This document shows, piece by piece, positions 17,201 through 30,694 of a stretch of DNA of 64,000 nucleotides. The DNA lies in the NCBI GenBank assembly GCA_964057225.1, contig OZ059895.1, positions 9,300,001 through 9,364,000 of the forward strand, in the 5' to 3' direction. Position numbers and translations under genes: made by a program. Position 1 is the first letter of the stretch. Every line of letters starts with the position of its first letter. Source of the DNA: Auanema rhodensis (taxonomy: Eukaryota; Animalia; Nematoda). The notes beneath the pieces were generated by a model. The model was not told the origin of the DNA. It searched no databases and saw nothing but the letters and a program-made list of their open reading frames with translations.

Positions 17201-18022
17201 CCATCCAAAAAGCATGTACCCAGGAAATAGTAAAAGGAGTAATAATTAAAAAAATCTTTTAAAAAAAAAAATAAAAAGAATACATTAATACCATTTGAAA
17301 TAGAAATTAATTGAATATATACATACATATGTGAATATTTATGAATTAATGAGATAAAATAGCAAAGGTTAAGCATTGTTTATTTAGAATTGCTTGTTTA
17401 GTATTGTTCAAAAAATAATTTATTTTCGGGAAAAAAACAGGTTTTTTCATGTTTTTGAAAGCAAAATTTTGCCTAATATTTCACATAAACATAAAACGTA
17501 AAAATATTTCAAATAAAGTTTTAAGCTTAATTAACTATATGTCATATAGTTTGAATTCTATATACATATTATGTAAATATACATCTGATACCATGAGAAT
17601 TTTTGCCAAAAAAAAAAAGAAGAAATTTCAATATAAACTTTAAAAAATTTTCAAAATTATTATAAGAAATATAGTTTTATCAGATTTTTAACAATAATAA
17701 TAGTTGAAAAAATCTTTTTTTTTTATTGATATGAATAGTATTGAAAGAAAATATTACGTTGATGCTACATTGAAAAGTTGAGTAAATATTTTAAAATCTA
17801 AGAACATATGTGGTATGTCTGATGTGATGAATAGGAAAATCTTTTCAATTCATTCTATATGTATTATTCCTTTTATGAATAAAAATTGATAACTATATAT
17901 ACGTATATATCATTGTATAGAATATATTTTATAAAAATTTACCTTAAACGTATATTTTCCTCTGTATTTGTAGTTCCATAACAGTAAGCTTGTGAACACG
18001 AACAACTCAAGTTCCCTCCCAT
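9883..18022 (-). CDS. tiam-1: TIAM/Still-life-type Rac GEF (myristoylation signal, EVH1-like, PH/CC-Ex, PDZ, DH-PH); 5' exon joins partly unresolved
   Basis: First exon MGGNLSCSCSQAYC (18022-17943); EVH1-like IHAELFELSADGKKW...KISDCFVFWRD; PDZ GKLGLTIY; DH LDEMLRTEKKYVDDL, LESRMIRPIQRVVQYPLLL; C-terminal SQSDGGYGS. Confidence 0.85.
14195..14247. repeat. (TC)n microsatellite in a tiam-1 intron
   Basis: Long TC dinucleotide run within a wider pyrimidine-rich tract (14176-14290). Confidence 0.9.
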
Positions 18023-19506
18023 TCACCATGAGCTAGAATAAAAACAAAAATTAATAAAAATTATCAAATATAATATAATAAAATAGAATAAAAGGAAATC
18101 AACTGTAAAATTAATTGAAATATTTAAGAATAATCAAAAGCTATTGAAGCTTATAAAAAATTTCAATTCAAGTTCATATTTTCTTTTAAATGGCATGAGA
18201 AAAAACAGATTTTTGAGAGCTTAATTCTCTTAAAATCATTAATGATATTCTTAAAATATATTTAATATACTGAGAATTATCATTAAAATATAATATTAAA
18301 TAATAAATAAATAGAATTCAACAAAGTTTATATAAAATGCTGGTATTTCAAGTGGGAAATAAAGGATAATCTTTGAGCAAGTTGAAGTAATTTGTCTGAT
18401 AATGATACTGAAGTCTCTTTCTCTTCTAAATGCTTTTAGTGACGCTCAGAGTTAGAAGGATATTTCCCAAATAGGGACTTTAGAGAACATGTAGGAAAGA
18501 AACAGCTATATTTCAACAACTGGCTCAATTCTCGTCTTATTTGAAAGAAATCCCTGGAGTACAAGAGCTTTTTCACTCCAATAGCAAGAGCCCATCTTTT
18601 ATCTGCTGTCTTGCTTCCCTTTTTCACTTTTTCAATGTTCTATCTTTAATTTTTTAGGAAAGCACTTGATTAAGTATCAAACTTCCTATTTTAACTAAAA
18701 CTAAGCATATAATATGTGTATAATATGCATATAATTATAAATATTTAATATAAATTATATAAATATATCAAGTAAATAATTTTTTTTAAATATTAAATTT
18801 GTTTTTATATAAAATAAACAAAATAAAAACATTAAAATATAACATATAATCCTTAGAGACTCTAAGATAAATGAGATGTTCATTATTGAGTAAACTAGAT
18901 TTTATTGAAAATTTACAATACACATAGAGACTATGTATATAGATATAGATAGATAAATCTTTATATTTACAATATCTTTATAATATTTTTAAAAATTAAA
19001 AATATAAATAAAGATTAATGATAATAAAAACAAATAGAATTGATGTAAGATGAAGCTAAGAAGAATTGAAAGAAAATCAAGAGATTATAGTAGAAATAGT
19101 ATGAATAAGAGACAATACATATGTTCCATGAATATATAAATAGATATATGTATATTATATGAAATATATTTATAAATATAATAATAAAGAATAAAATATT
19201 AAGTAAAAGTTATAATAAATTGAATTATCTTTTTAAAAAAAATTGAAGAAAACCTTAAATGAACTAATGACTATGTACATTTCTATATTTAGTCGACTTT
19301 TTTTGCTTTCAAAACGAAAAAAAAATTGAACGAATGAGAATATTTGAAAATGAGAAAGAATATTTATTTTTAATTAAAAAATGATAAATTCGTCTTCCAG
19401 TTAATGTGCTGAATAATATGAATGTATGTATATTAAGTCTTAGATCAATATGTCAGTAATTTTTGCATCAAAATATATATTGAAAATCCTATATATACGT
19501 ATATAT

Positions 19507-19513
19507 AGAGAGA

Positions 19514-19565
<52 letters not shown>
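19507..19565. repeat. (GA)n microsatellite
   Basis: Near-perfect GA run following a short TA run. Confidence 0.9.
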
Positions 19566-19568
<3 letters not shown>

Positions 19569-21020
19569 CTGTTAAAAACTAAATGTATTTCATATAATTT
19601 ATAAATAACAAACTGTATCTCTTAATAGTTACTTGTATACACAATGAACTACATATTCTAATGTTTTCAATTTCTCTTACTACTGATATTCCTTTAACTG
19701 TCGGCATCAAAAAAAGATATTCAAGAGTTGAATAGACAGGTCTTTACATTGTCAGCAACATTGTCAAGAGGTATGTTTCCTTTAGCACTCATTTCATGAG
19801 TTCTTGTCGATCTCCATAGCCTGTCCATACTCTTTCCTTTGCAATCTTCAATATCTCTCTATGTTTCCATATCTTATTCACACACTACCTCTCTCTCTCT
19901 CTCTCTCCCTCCTTATATCTATCTATATCTCTCTAGCTCTCTCTCTGTATTTCTCCTATTTTCTCCATTTATCTCACCCTATGCATAATGTTTGTGCCAA
20001 AAGGCAATTAGTTGAATGGATGGGGTCATACGCCAAGAGCTGTATTTCCATTTTGACCATGAATTGACAGGGCTTATGCCATATCCATAAACTGAACGTG
20101 GTAAAAACAATGCGGAACAATGTGTTTGAAAGAAAATGAAAGTTAATATAAGGTACTTTTCTCTTATTATGTAATAAAATAGAAATAACTAGAGATATTA
20201 TAAGAATTAAAAAAAAAGAAGTTCCATACTTACAGAAATAAGTTAAAAATTCAAATATAACTACTATACTATAGTAATGTAAAATGAATACTTTCAAAAA
20301 TATAGAAACAATGGAGGAAAAAAGTAGAAAAAAAAACAAAAAAAAACGTGAAAACATGAAGGAAAAACTTGAACCACCATGAATCCAGCATTATGGACTT
20401 TTGCAAAGCTTTGCGAAATGTTAGGTTTTCGTTGATTATTATAGCGAAACTCAAGGGAGTTGAGACAAATTCAGAAGCAAATATTATGAATGTCAGATTC
20501 TTTTTTCTTTCTGGATTAGTTTAGTGTTGGAAAAGCAGAAAGGTTATTCAACAATTCAGAATAAAAGATGAACTAGTAATGAAAAAAGTTGAAGCGGTGA
20601 AAAGCAAAGAATATTTTAAAGTTGTTTTCTCTTTCAAATGTTATATTACAAATCATCTTTTTAAATATAAGTTATATATAAAAAAAATTTTTTTTTTTTT
20701 GAAAATAAAATGTTTCTTTATGAAAAAAAAAAGATTTAACATTCATGAATTGTAGACTTTATTGGTATGGTGGCTATTAACACGCAACTCTTCCTGCATC
20801 TGCTGTCTTACTCCCCTATTATAAGCTTGTAAACGATTAGAATTCTTTAAAATGGTTATAAAAAAAAGAAAAAATCAACAATCTAACTATACATTTATAT
20901 ATTTATACTATATAATATCATTTATTTAACATATACATACATATATGGAAAAAATATTCATTAGATTTAAGTTTATTTAATAAACCTAATATTAAAAAAT
21001 AAAAAGTTTATTTTTCAATA

Positions 21021-22558
21021 TTACATTAATCCAGCTTTTTTATTACTTTTCCATAACGGTTCAATGAATTCGGCAACCTATAGCATATAGTTATTTTTGA
21101 ATATTTTATTTTATATAGTTAAATTTACCTCATAAATGGTTGAATTCGCTTCAATTAATCTTAATACACTAACTCCATCAGTTCTCAAAGTACTAAATTG
21201 AAAATTAACTATCTGCTTATGTGAAAAATCGGAATCAATTGATTTCTGAATAAAAAATTTTTTAAAATTTAATAAAATAATAAATTTCTTACGACGACTT
21301 CCTTTAAAAAGGATAATTGATTAGAGTTTGTAGTCCATACAACCCATTTTAAAAAGTTAATTAAGGAAATGATGATGAGGAATGCAAACCAAAACCATAA
21401 AAATACGAAGATTTTCTCATTATACATGTTTTGCTTTAATATAATTAATATAATTTATTATATTTATGTATTTATATATACCTTTAATACACATTGTACT
21501 GTCCAAGTATGAACTTGTGCCATTTCACGTACTTGAAAATCACAAAATGTTGTCTGATTAGAGAAAATTTTAAATAAAAAATTTCTATAACACGCCTACT
21601 CTTGGAAAGATTCCAGTTTGTTGCCATACTATACCATTTGAAAAATTATATAAAAAGCTGATACCGTAAAATGAGAATGGACTACCAGACAGAAGCCTAA
21701 ATTGATGTTAAACAATGAAAGTGCTGACTATAGAAATACCAATCCAATACAAATAATTCTGATACTAATATAGCCAATGATAAGAATTTTGTTCCTAACA
21801 AGGTAACCGCCAATAATCTACCTAGTCTCCATTTATCTATATATAATTTTAATAAACAATATAAAAGATAAAAGAAAAGAATTACCAAAAGCATCTTCCG
21901 AGCTTACTTGATATGGTTTTCTTTTCAAATTATTTCCCAGAAAACCTTTAGCATTCTGTCTAGCAATAGCAGTAATTGATGGAATACTTATATCTAAATA
22001 ATTTCAATAATTATATGAAATAAATTAACAAAAACCTTGATGTTGTTGAATAAGTTTCCATAACAAACGTGGAATATATGTTACAACTGCATGAAAAGCA
22101 AGAATGAATGGAATCCACTGAATTATTCACATATTCTATTCAATATCTTATATCTTACCTGATAATAGAGAATTTTAGTTTCTTTCTTACTATCCTCATC
22201 AGGAAGATTTGAAAGATTGTTCGAAACAAAGTAAGAACCTTCTACAAAACAGTAATCCGCCGCATATTGCCCCCAAGAATACTGAAATTATGATTCTTCA
22301 TTGAACAATGTTTTCAAAATCTGAATAGAAAACTCACAGCAAATTGATTTGGTATCCAACAAGTTAAAGGATTGCTGGCATAGACATTAGCGAATGAAAA
22401 AATAGATAATACAGTTAAAATCCATGTTGTATATGTATATTTTATTCTAAATTATTCAATTTTATAATAAATTATATATATATTTATATTTACCTATCTG
22501 TTGTATCTAAATCATATGTGGTTCCAATGTGTAAAAAAAGTTTTTGAATATGATCCAT
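21021..22558 (-). CDS. Innexin gap-junction subunit (copy A)
   Basis: [62 protein letters not shown]; all checked introns GT-AG. Confidence 0.93.
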
Positions 22559-22850
22559 CTGAGAATAAAAACAAAATTAACAAAATTAGTATTTAAATGA
22601 TAGTAAAAGCAAGATATTGACTTATCTTATAACAGAAAAATACAAATATAATATATAATTTCATTTAATCATAAGAATTATACAAACATTTCAAAATTTT
22701 ATAAATAACTATAATAAATCAAGTAAATGAATCAAATATAATCTTATATCATTCCTGACCAATATTCTGATGCTGAAAATGATGACAATTTGTTGATTTT
22801 TATTCAAAAAATGAATTATTTGAAAAAAAAAAAAATATTAATTCGTACCA

Positions 22851-24524
22851 TTAACTAGATAGAAGAAGAGCAGATTCATCATCTGGATGTTTTTTAGAAC
22901 TAATTGGTGTTGTAGGTTTTGAACCTATAACTATATGAATTATAAAGAAAAAAACATTTTTTGAAACCTCTTCCTTCATAGTTTTCCCAAAGTGCTTTGA
23001 ATAGATTTGCAGACTGAATTCTTCCTCCATTTCTGTCTAATAACTTTAAAACAAGAATACCATCATTCTAATAAATAATTATAATTAGTATATTTATATA
23101 TAAAATAATAATAAAAACCTTAAGAACTAGATTATAAAAATCTTCTAATTCATTATGATTACGGTCATTGAAGTTACTATCCTAAAATATCTCTTTCAAT
23201 ATCTTTTTCAAATTAAAAATTAAAAATACATAAAGAGCTTTCAAGAAAGATTGACGTCTCTTAATTGAAAATCTATTCAAAAGCCATGCAATATAATCAA
23301 AAGTTGTACAAATTAATACAAAGAGAAGCCACCACCAAATTGCTAAGAAGATTTTTTCGTTAAACATATTGATCTGTAAACATAAAATTAATTTTAAATT
23401 TAAAAATTTTAATTGAAAAACCATTAAAACACATTGAACAGTCCATTTATTAACATTTCCCATTTCACGAACTGTTAAATCGCAAAATGCTACCTAAAGG
23501 AAAATATTTTATGAAATTCATTGAAGATTTATACGAACTCTTGGGAAATGTCCACTTTCCTGCCATTGTCTACCTTGAAGCAAATCACTTAAAATTCCAA
23601 AGCCCCAGAAGATATAATCAGAACCTAAGAAATGGTTCAAGAAAAAGAATTGAAGGAACAAGTTTATAAAGATTAATGTCTGGAAAACATGAATATAAAA
23701 TAAGTTTTAATATTTAAAACTTTACCTTTGTTACAATATATAAATTGAACAATGCACTCTCATATCGTAAATTACTTAAAGCTGGTTGATAATTGACACG
23801 ATGCTTTAAAAAATTATTTTTATTTTATTTTTTAAAAATAATTATATACCGTAATCTTTTCTGCAACTATTTGCAATTTTTCATTTTTTTGAAGGTTTTT
23901 AGCCGTAGTTCGAGCTGCACTCATCATATCCGAAATTGCCAAATCTGAAGAAAAAACATTAAAGTTTACATCTAATTTGCTTAGGAACACCTGAATATTT
24001 GGAGAACATATTCCATATTGCTCGAGGAAAATAGAAGAATAAAGCCATTAAAACCAAAATAAATGGAACCCACTATAATAATAATAATTTTAATTAATTA
24101 ATTAAAATAAATTTATATTCTTTACTTGATAATAGATCATTTCTTTTTCATTTCTTGCTTCATGTGAAGGCATATTAGTATCATTCATAGGAACAAAATA
24201 TGTATTTTCAATAAAACAATATTGTTCTGAAAATTGCTCCCAAACTCCCTAAATGAATGAAAATTAAAATTTTAAAATAAAAAAGTTTATTACATTCCAT
24301 TGCTTTGGTACCCAACACTGTAAGGGTTCACCAACATATGCTCTTGTAAAAAGTAAAGTAGCACAACCAAGTAAAATATAATTTGTGTAAACCTAAATAA
24401 GGTTTTTGATTTAAAATTTGATAAAATGGAAAATATCACTTACATAATTCAAACGATCTACTGCTACATCATCGTATTTAGACTTTAAACTTTTAAAGAA
24501 CACTCCCACATGTGATGATATCAT
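22851..24524 (-). CDS. Innexin gap-junction subunit (copy B)
   Basis: [70 protein letters not shown]. Confidence 0.93.
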
Positions 24525-26391
24525 TGTACAGGCTTCTGTATGCCTAAAGACAATCGGATTCAAAATTCAAATCAGTATAAGGAATATATGAGAATATACA
24601 AGGAAATTATAAGAAAAACAGTATACATACTTAATTTCTCGAGGACATTTAACAATATCAACCAAGTGTAGATTATTGGATGTCAACTTCAAGTGAAATA
24701 TAGGCTTTTTAGTAGTTGGAATCTCAAAAACTTCCAAATTTATTGCCATACTACGGTTTAAGAACTTAGAAATAGCTTCATTTCATGAAGAGACGTTGTA
24801 GATAGAATACTAAAGCAGAATATAGAGAGAGAGAGTGCGAGCTAAGATCAATTGTTATCGAACATATAACATTGAACGTTTTTGAGAAGAAAAAAAAAGG
24901 AAATAAAGTAATATATGAAGGATTATTATATTTATCCACAGAATTAGTTTATAGTCTATCGTCCAATTAATAATGATAAAGTAAAGTTTCAGTAGATGTG
25001 AAATGACAGAAGCAAATAGTACAATGTAAATATTTCTTAAGTTTTTATGTTTCACTTGTTTATAATCAGACAGACAAAAGGAGATGAATAACTATTGTCT
25101 TATCAATATATATGTATACATGTGTATACATATATAGCTTAGACCGCCTACAAATATGAAAAATTGATCATTCAAGATATTTTCATATGTGTAAACTATC
25201 AATATATATATATATCAATATACCTATTTAAAACGAATTTTTTATATAAAAATGAAAGAATATAACCAATTCTTTATCTTATCTAGTAATTTCTGCTTCA
25301 CAACCATTTGTAAGTTAAGGAGATATTCATGATTCAGCAAAAATAATGAAATTTTGTTTGTTGATATGTTCATAATTCTTTCTACAAGTATATATATATA
25401 TATATATATATATTTAGATTATATTAAGAAAAAGATACAAATTATAAATAATATTCAGAACGTTAAACAATGAAAACTTTACAATGACCTCTTTATCAAT
25501 GTTCCAAAATTTTAATGGCAGCTTGATAAGAACTTCTATCATATATAGTCAATATAACGATTCAGAACACAAATATATAAACTAAAAGATAAAATTATGC
25601 TACAACTGTATATGCAAATATAGAATCTTTGTATAGAATTAGTTATAGATAAAAGAATCTTTACATATTTTCATAAATGCCGACTTTTGTTTTATAAGGG
25701 AATATTCGACTCACAAACATTAAAAAAGTGTATGTATTCTTATTCATCGTCTTTGATGACTTTCAGAATTAAAGTTATGAATCAGTTTCACGACGATTTT
25801 AAAAACAAAGACGAAAGGTGAAACATATGCATATGCTCCTTGAAATACGTTCAAGTGTTCAGCACATCATGTATTAACACAGAAAAAAATGTAATCCCTC
25901 CTACTATTGAATAAATAGCTTAAAAGTTATTCTGATTAGTACTAATGATTCATTCATTTTTTATTTTTTAATATTCTTTTGATATCATTATTTCCTTTTT
26001 ATACTTTTAAAGATTATTAATATTTCTACTTTTCAACTTTTTCATCTTTTTCAACTTTTTTTTTTATATTTCTTGTAATATTTACAAAGTTCTTAAGTTT
26101 AATCTAATTGGAAGAATTGCAGCCGTTCACAATCTTGTTATTGAACGCGAATACGGCATGTAGTAGGGAACGAACATAAGATAGTAAGAGAGTGATAGAA
26201 GGGAAAAGAAAAAGAGAAAAGAAGAGAGAAAGGATGGGACTAAAAGGTTATACCATATACTGATAAGAGTTGAGAGGATCACTATTCTATATTATTATGA
26301 CTTTTCTTCTACAAATTCTTTATGATTGTTCTACAATACATATATATATATTTCCGCATTTCAGAATATATAATTCAGAAGAATTAATAAA

Positions 26392-28097
26392 ATGGATAAA
26401 ATAATAGCGATTATATCAAATTTTTCAAACAAGAGGTAAGAATTTAATATTTTACTTTATATTTTCAAGCATTTGATTAAGGTATGAAGAAGATTTTATT
26501 GATCGACTTAATTTTCAATTAACTCCATATTTGTTTGTTACATTTGGAGCTTTAATTACAACATATGTTCGTTAAGTTTTAAATATTTTTATTGTTTTTT
26601 CTTTTAAGACTTATATGAGTAAAGCAATTACATGTTGGACACCTAACGAATTCGCAGGAGGTATATAGTTTAGTTGTAACATTTACTTAAATACTAAAGT
26701 CTAGGTTGGACGGCATATGCCAATGATTATTGCTTTATTGAAAATACATACTATGTTCCTCTTACTGACCCTAATATGCCAGATCATTATACAAGAGAAA
26801 GGACTGAAATACCGTATTATCAGGTTTGATATTTTCCGAAAATGTTTGCATAAATTTCTAACTCAGTGGGTAAACTTTGTACTCATTCTTCTGGGCTTTT
26901 GCTTCTACTTGCCACATGTTTTATGGAGATCGTTGAACTGGTGGTCAGGTAATGAGTAACAACATAAAACATCTTAATCAAATAATCTTTTTCTTTATAG
27001 GGATTCAAGTGCGCGCAATTGTGAATAAATGCTCTACGATCGAGGACGGTCCCGTAAGCTTACCTGTTATTAAAACGTTTAGTTTATAGGATTCTTTATA
27101 GAAAAGAAAATCAGAAATCGAAAATGTTGTTAATCACATCAAGAATACTTTGTTCGAAAATAGACAAACGGCTGTCAATTCCCGTTTTGAGTATGCTCCT
27201 TCTGTAGTAATTTTGCTCATTTAAGCATTTTTAGAAAATCTTACGTTTCAAATGTATGGGTGACTGGTGTTTACTTTCTAATGAAACTTATTTTCATTTT
27301 TAACATTATTGTCCAATTATGTATTCTTCATCGTTTCTTAGGATTTAGCTGGCTTGATTTATTAAGTATACAAATTAAACTGAATTATAACTAAATGTAC
27401 TTCTACTTGAAGGTCTTAGACTTGGTTTCCAAAGCGACTGGCAACAGACAGGACTATTCCCTCGCTCAACTATGTGTGATTTTGAGGTATCAGTAAAGAG
27501 TAGATTACAGTTTCAACTGTATATGCATTCCCATTATGAAAATACAGAATTCTTACTTATAAGTAAATTTTTTCAGATTCGTAATAAAGGAAATGTACAA
27601 CGGTATTCCGTACAATGTGTTTTAATCCAAAATATGTTTAACGAGAAGATATTCCTTGTATTATTTTATTGGCTCCTTATTCTATTCATGGTTTGTATTT
27701 CATAACACTTCAATTTTCAAATCATAGTTATAGCTTACCGTGGGAAATACCTTTGTTTGGTGTATACAGTTATTGAGTAAAAATCGTTCAGAATACATAA
27801 GACGATTGTTGCAAAGTGCTGGACAGCAGAGACCTAATATTCATGATAGAGACGAGGCAAGCAAAACATTGAAGTTTAATTATCTTCTGTTTGTGAATCT
27901 TTTCAGAGCAATCATTATGAAGAATTTGTTGAAGCGACTCCTGATGCTACATTGTTATATCACTTAATATCATCAAATGCCGGAGATTCTGTTTGTTGTG
28001 AAGTGATTAAAACCTTATATGATAAAACTAAGGTTTTGTTCGTTTGATGTTATCCATTCCTTCATATTTTACTTTGTTTCAGATTGAACACCTTTAA
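26392..28097 (+). CDS. Innexin gap-junction subunit (copy C, divergently oriented)
   Basis: [60 protein letters not shown]; one GC-AG intron (27857-27906). Confidence 0.93.
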
Positions 28098-28592
28098 TCA
28101 CGAAGAAGTTGATATATTCATAGATGAAAATTTCTAATTATTAGGGAGTTCCTTCGACCAAATAACCAAATTCACTCAAATATATTTAAATTATGTATTT
28201 ATTAATTGTTGTTGAAGTCGATGCTACAATAAAAATATAATAATATATTGAATATTCATATAATAATAATGATGATTGTAATATTTTTAATGAACATTAC
28301 TTATTCAAAAAATTAAATTCTGAATTTTAAGTTTAAAATTCTGAACTCCACAAACTTTTTTTTACAGTATCATTAAAATAGTCATTAGGCCTACGCTATC
28401 TTATCGCGGTTTATTAGACGAGAAAGTCAGGTCAATGTAGGAGGGAATGAATTGTTAACGTTCTTATTCAGCATTTTTCTTTTATATCAAACAATAGACT
28501 ATGCAATTTTTCTATGATTAATTGATGATAATGATTTTTACTTTACTTATTTTCAGACGCAAATATTCTGTCGTTTATTTTCCAATAGTGAA

Positions 28593-30669
28593 ATGCGATT
28601 TGGATTAGTTATATTTCTAAGTATATTAGCATTAGTAAAGGTTTAGTTTATTTGTATTATTATTAATATTTTAAATATTTTAAATGTAGGCGTCACATAT
28701 TGTATGTCCAGACAAAACATCAACATGTCCATCTGACTCTACATGTTGTCAGTTACAGGTAATTAACCATTACATACATATATTTTAAAAGTTTGTTTAG
28801 AATAAAGAATGGGGATGTTGTCCAATGTTGAATGCTGTATGTTGTAAGGATCATACTCATTGTTGTCCTGAAGGATCTCAATGTGATACTAAAGGCAAAA
28901 GATGTGTTACGCAGGTAAAGAAATTAATAATTAAAGAATATTGATTAATATAACAAATAGAACCGATCAGTTCCAATGATGCTTAAAGGAGCTGCCAAAA
29001 AAGCTCATGATGTTATATATTGTCCAGATGGAAAATCATTTTGCCCTTCTGGTAGCTTTTTTTTGTCTTCAATTATAAGTATTCTATTTAGAAACAACCT
29101 GCTGTCCATTAATAGATGAAGGTGTATATGGCTGCTGTCCATCACCACAGGTACAATGATATTGTTTCTGTCGGCTCATATTATTTAATTTTTTTATAGG
29201 CTACCTGCTGTTCTGATAATTTGCACTGTTGTCCAAATGGTATGACTTGCGACAGTACTCGGCAAAGTTGTTCAAAAGAAGTATGAAATGTTTAAATAGT
29301 GGTTCTTATACACCTTTTTAGAGTACTCACATTCCATGGTTGCTCAAAACTAGATCATCCACGATATCAAATTCTCATATCGCTCATGCTCATGTAGGTT
29401 TTCCTTAATGAGTATCATCTATTTTTGTGTTTTTTAGAAATTGCCAAATCCTGATAAATCTGAGTTTGAATCCGAAACTATTATTTGTCCAGATGGTAAA
29501 AGCCAATGTCCTCAAGAGGCAACTTGTTGCTTGTTTACTGATGGTTCGTATGGATGTTGTCCTACCGTTAGAGTTTGTCTAATATATCTCTACGGAATGA
29601 ATTTTTTTTTAATTTTTAGGCAACTTGCTGCATGGATCATCTTCATTGCTGTCCAGAAAAAATGGAATGTGATACTACAGGTGAACGATGTATCTCCAAG
29701 CACGTATGTTTTCCAATTGGCAATAGGTTATCTTAACTTATTCTTAGGGATTTGAAATGAAATGGCTCAAAAAATTTTCATCTGCTCCCATTGTTAAGAG
29801 AAAAGGTGCACCAAAATTGCATGTTAACCATGACAAAGATTTACTAGAATCACAAGAGGACAAGGAGGTAAGCTATCCATTTAATGAATATTTCATGTTA
29901 GTTTGCTGTAAGGTAAAATCTCCACCATCAACTGTAAATAGTGATATCATTTGTCCAGACAAAAGAAGCAAATGTCCCTCAGGTAAATCTATAATGAGCT
30001 ATACCGTTGTTTATACTCTTGTTTTCCGGTACCACTTGCTGCATGTTGGCTTCTGGCTCATATGGTTGTTGCCCTGCTCCAAAGGTTTAATAAATTATGA
30101 AACAAATACTTATTCATTTATATTACAGGCTACATGTTGCCCTGATCGTCTCCACTGTTGTCCTGAAGGAATGGAATGTGATTCAAGTGGACAAAGATGC
30201 ATATCTGACACAGTTTGTCTAATTAATGTGTTATTGTACTGAGTTAGATTTTCAGGGATATTCCACTGTTTGGTTACGGAAATTTGCTTCAACTCCTATT
30301 CGACAGAAAACTGCCATAACTGTTCATCATCCCACAATAATTGAAAATGAGGTTTATCAACCGCTTCACATACTATTCCAAAAAGCTATGTTCTAGAGTG
30401 AATTACCAGCAGAGCTAAGAGCAGTTCCATGCGGTGAGAACAAAGTTTGCCCAGCCTTAACCACATGTTGTAAACATAAGAAACATGGCATAGAGCATAG
30501 CATGTGCTGTCCTCTTCAAAATGTATATTTTTATTTCTTTTTGGTTATAAGAGTATATTTTCTTTAGGGTGTTTGTTGTCATAATAGTTGCTGTCCTGCT
30601 GGATTCCAATGCTACAAAGGAGGAAAGTGTGAAAAACACGCTACCCGTTATAATAGTTTATTTTATTGA
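28593..30669 (+). CDS. pgrn-1: Progranulin with signal peptide and five granulin domains
   Basis: Five repeats of C-x-C-x-CC-x-CC-x-CC-x-CC-x-C-x-C, e.g. [26 protein letters not shown]...[18 protein letters not shown]; hydrophobic N-terminus [16 protein letters not shown]. Confidence 0.92.
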
Positions 30670-30694
30670 AAATTCTTTATAAGAATGAATATGA

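Noticed and set aside
15139-20454. Numerous Phe/Ile/Leu-rich ORFs in the tiam-1 introns and upstream region
   Set aside because: Composition reflects AT-rich and microsatellite DNA; no motifs or consistent splice structure.
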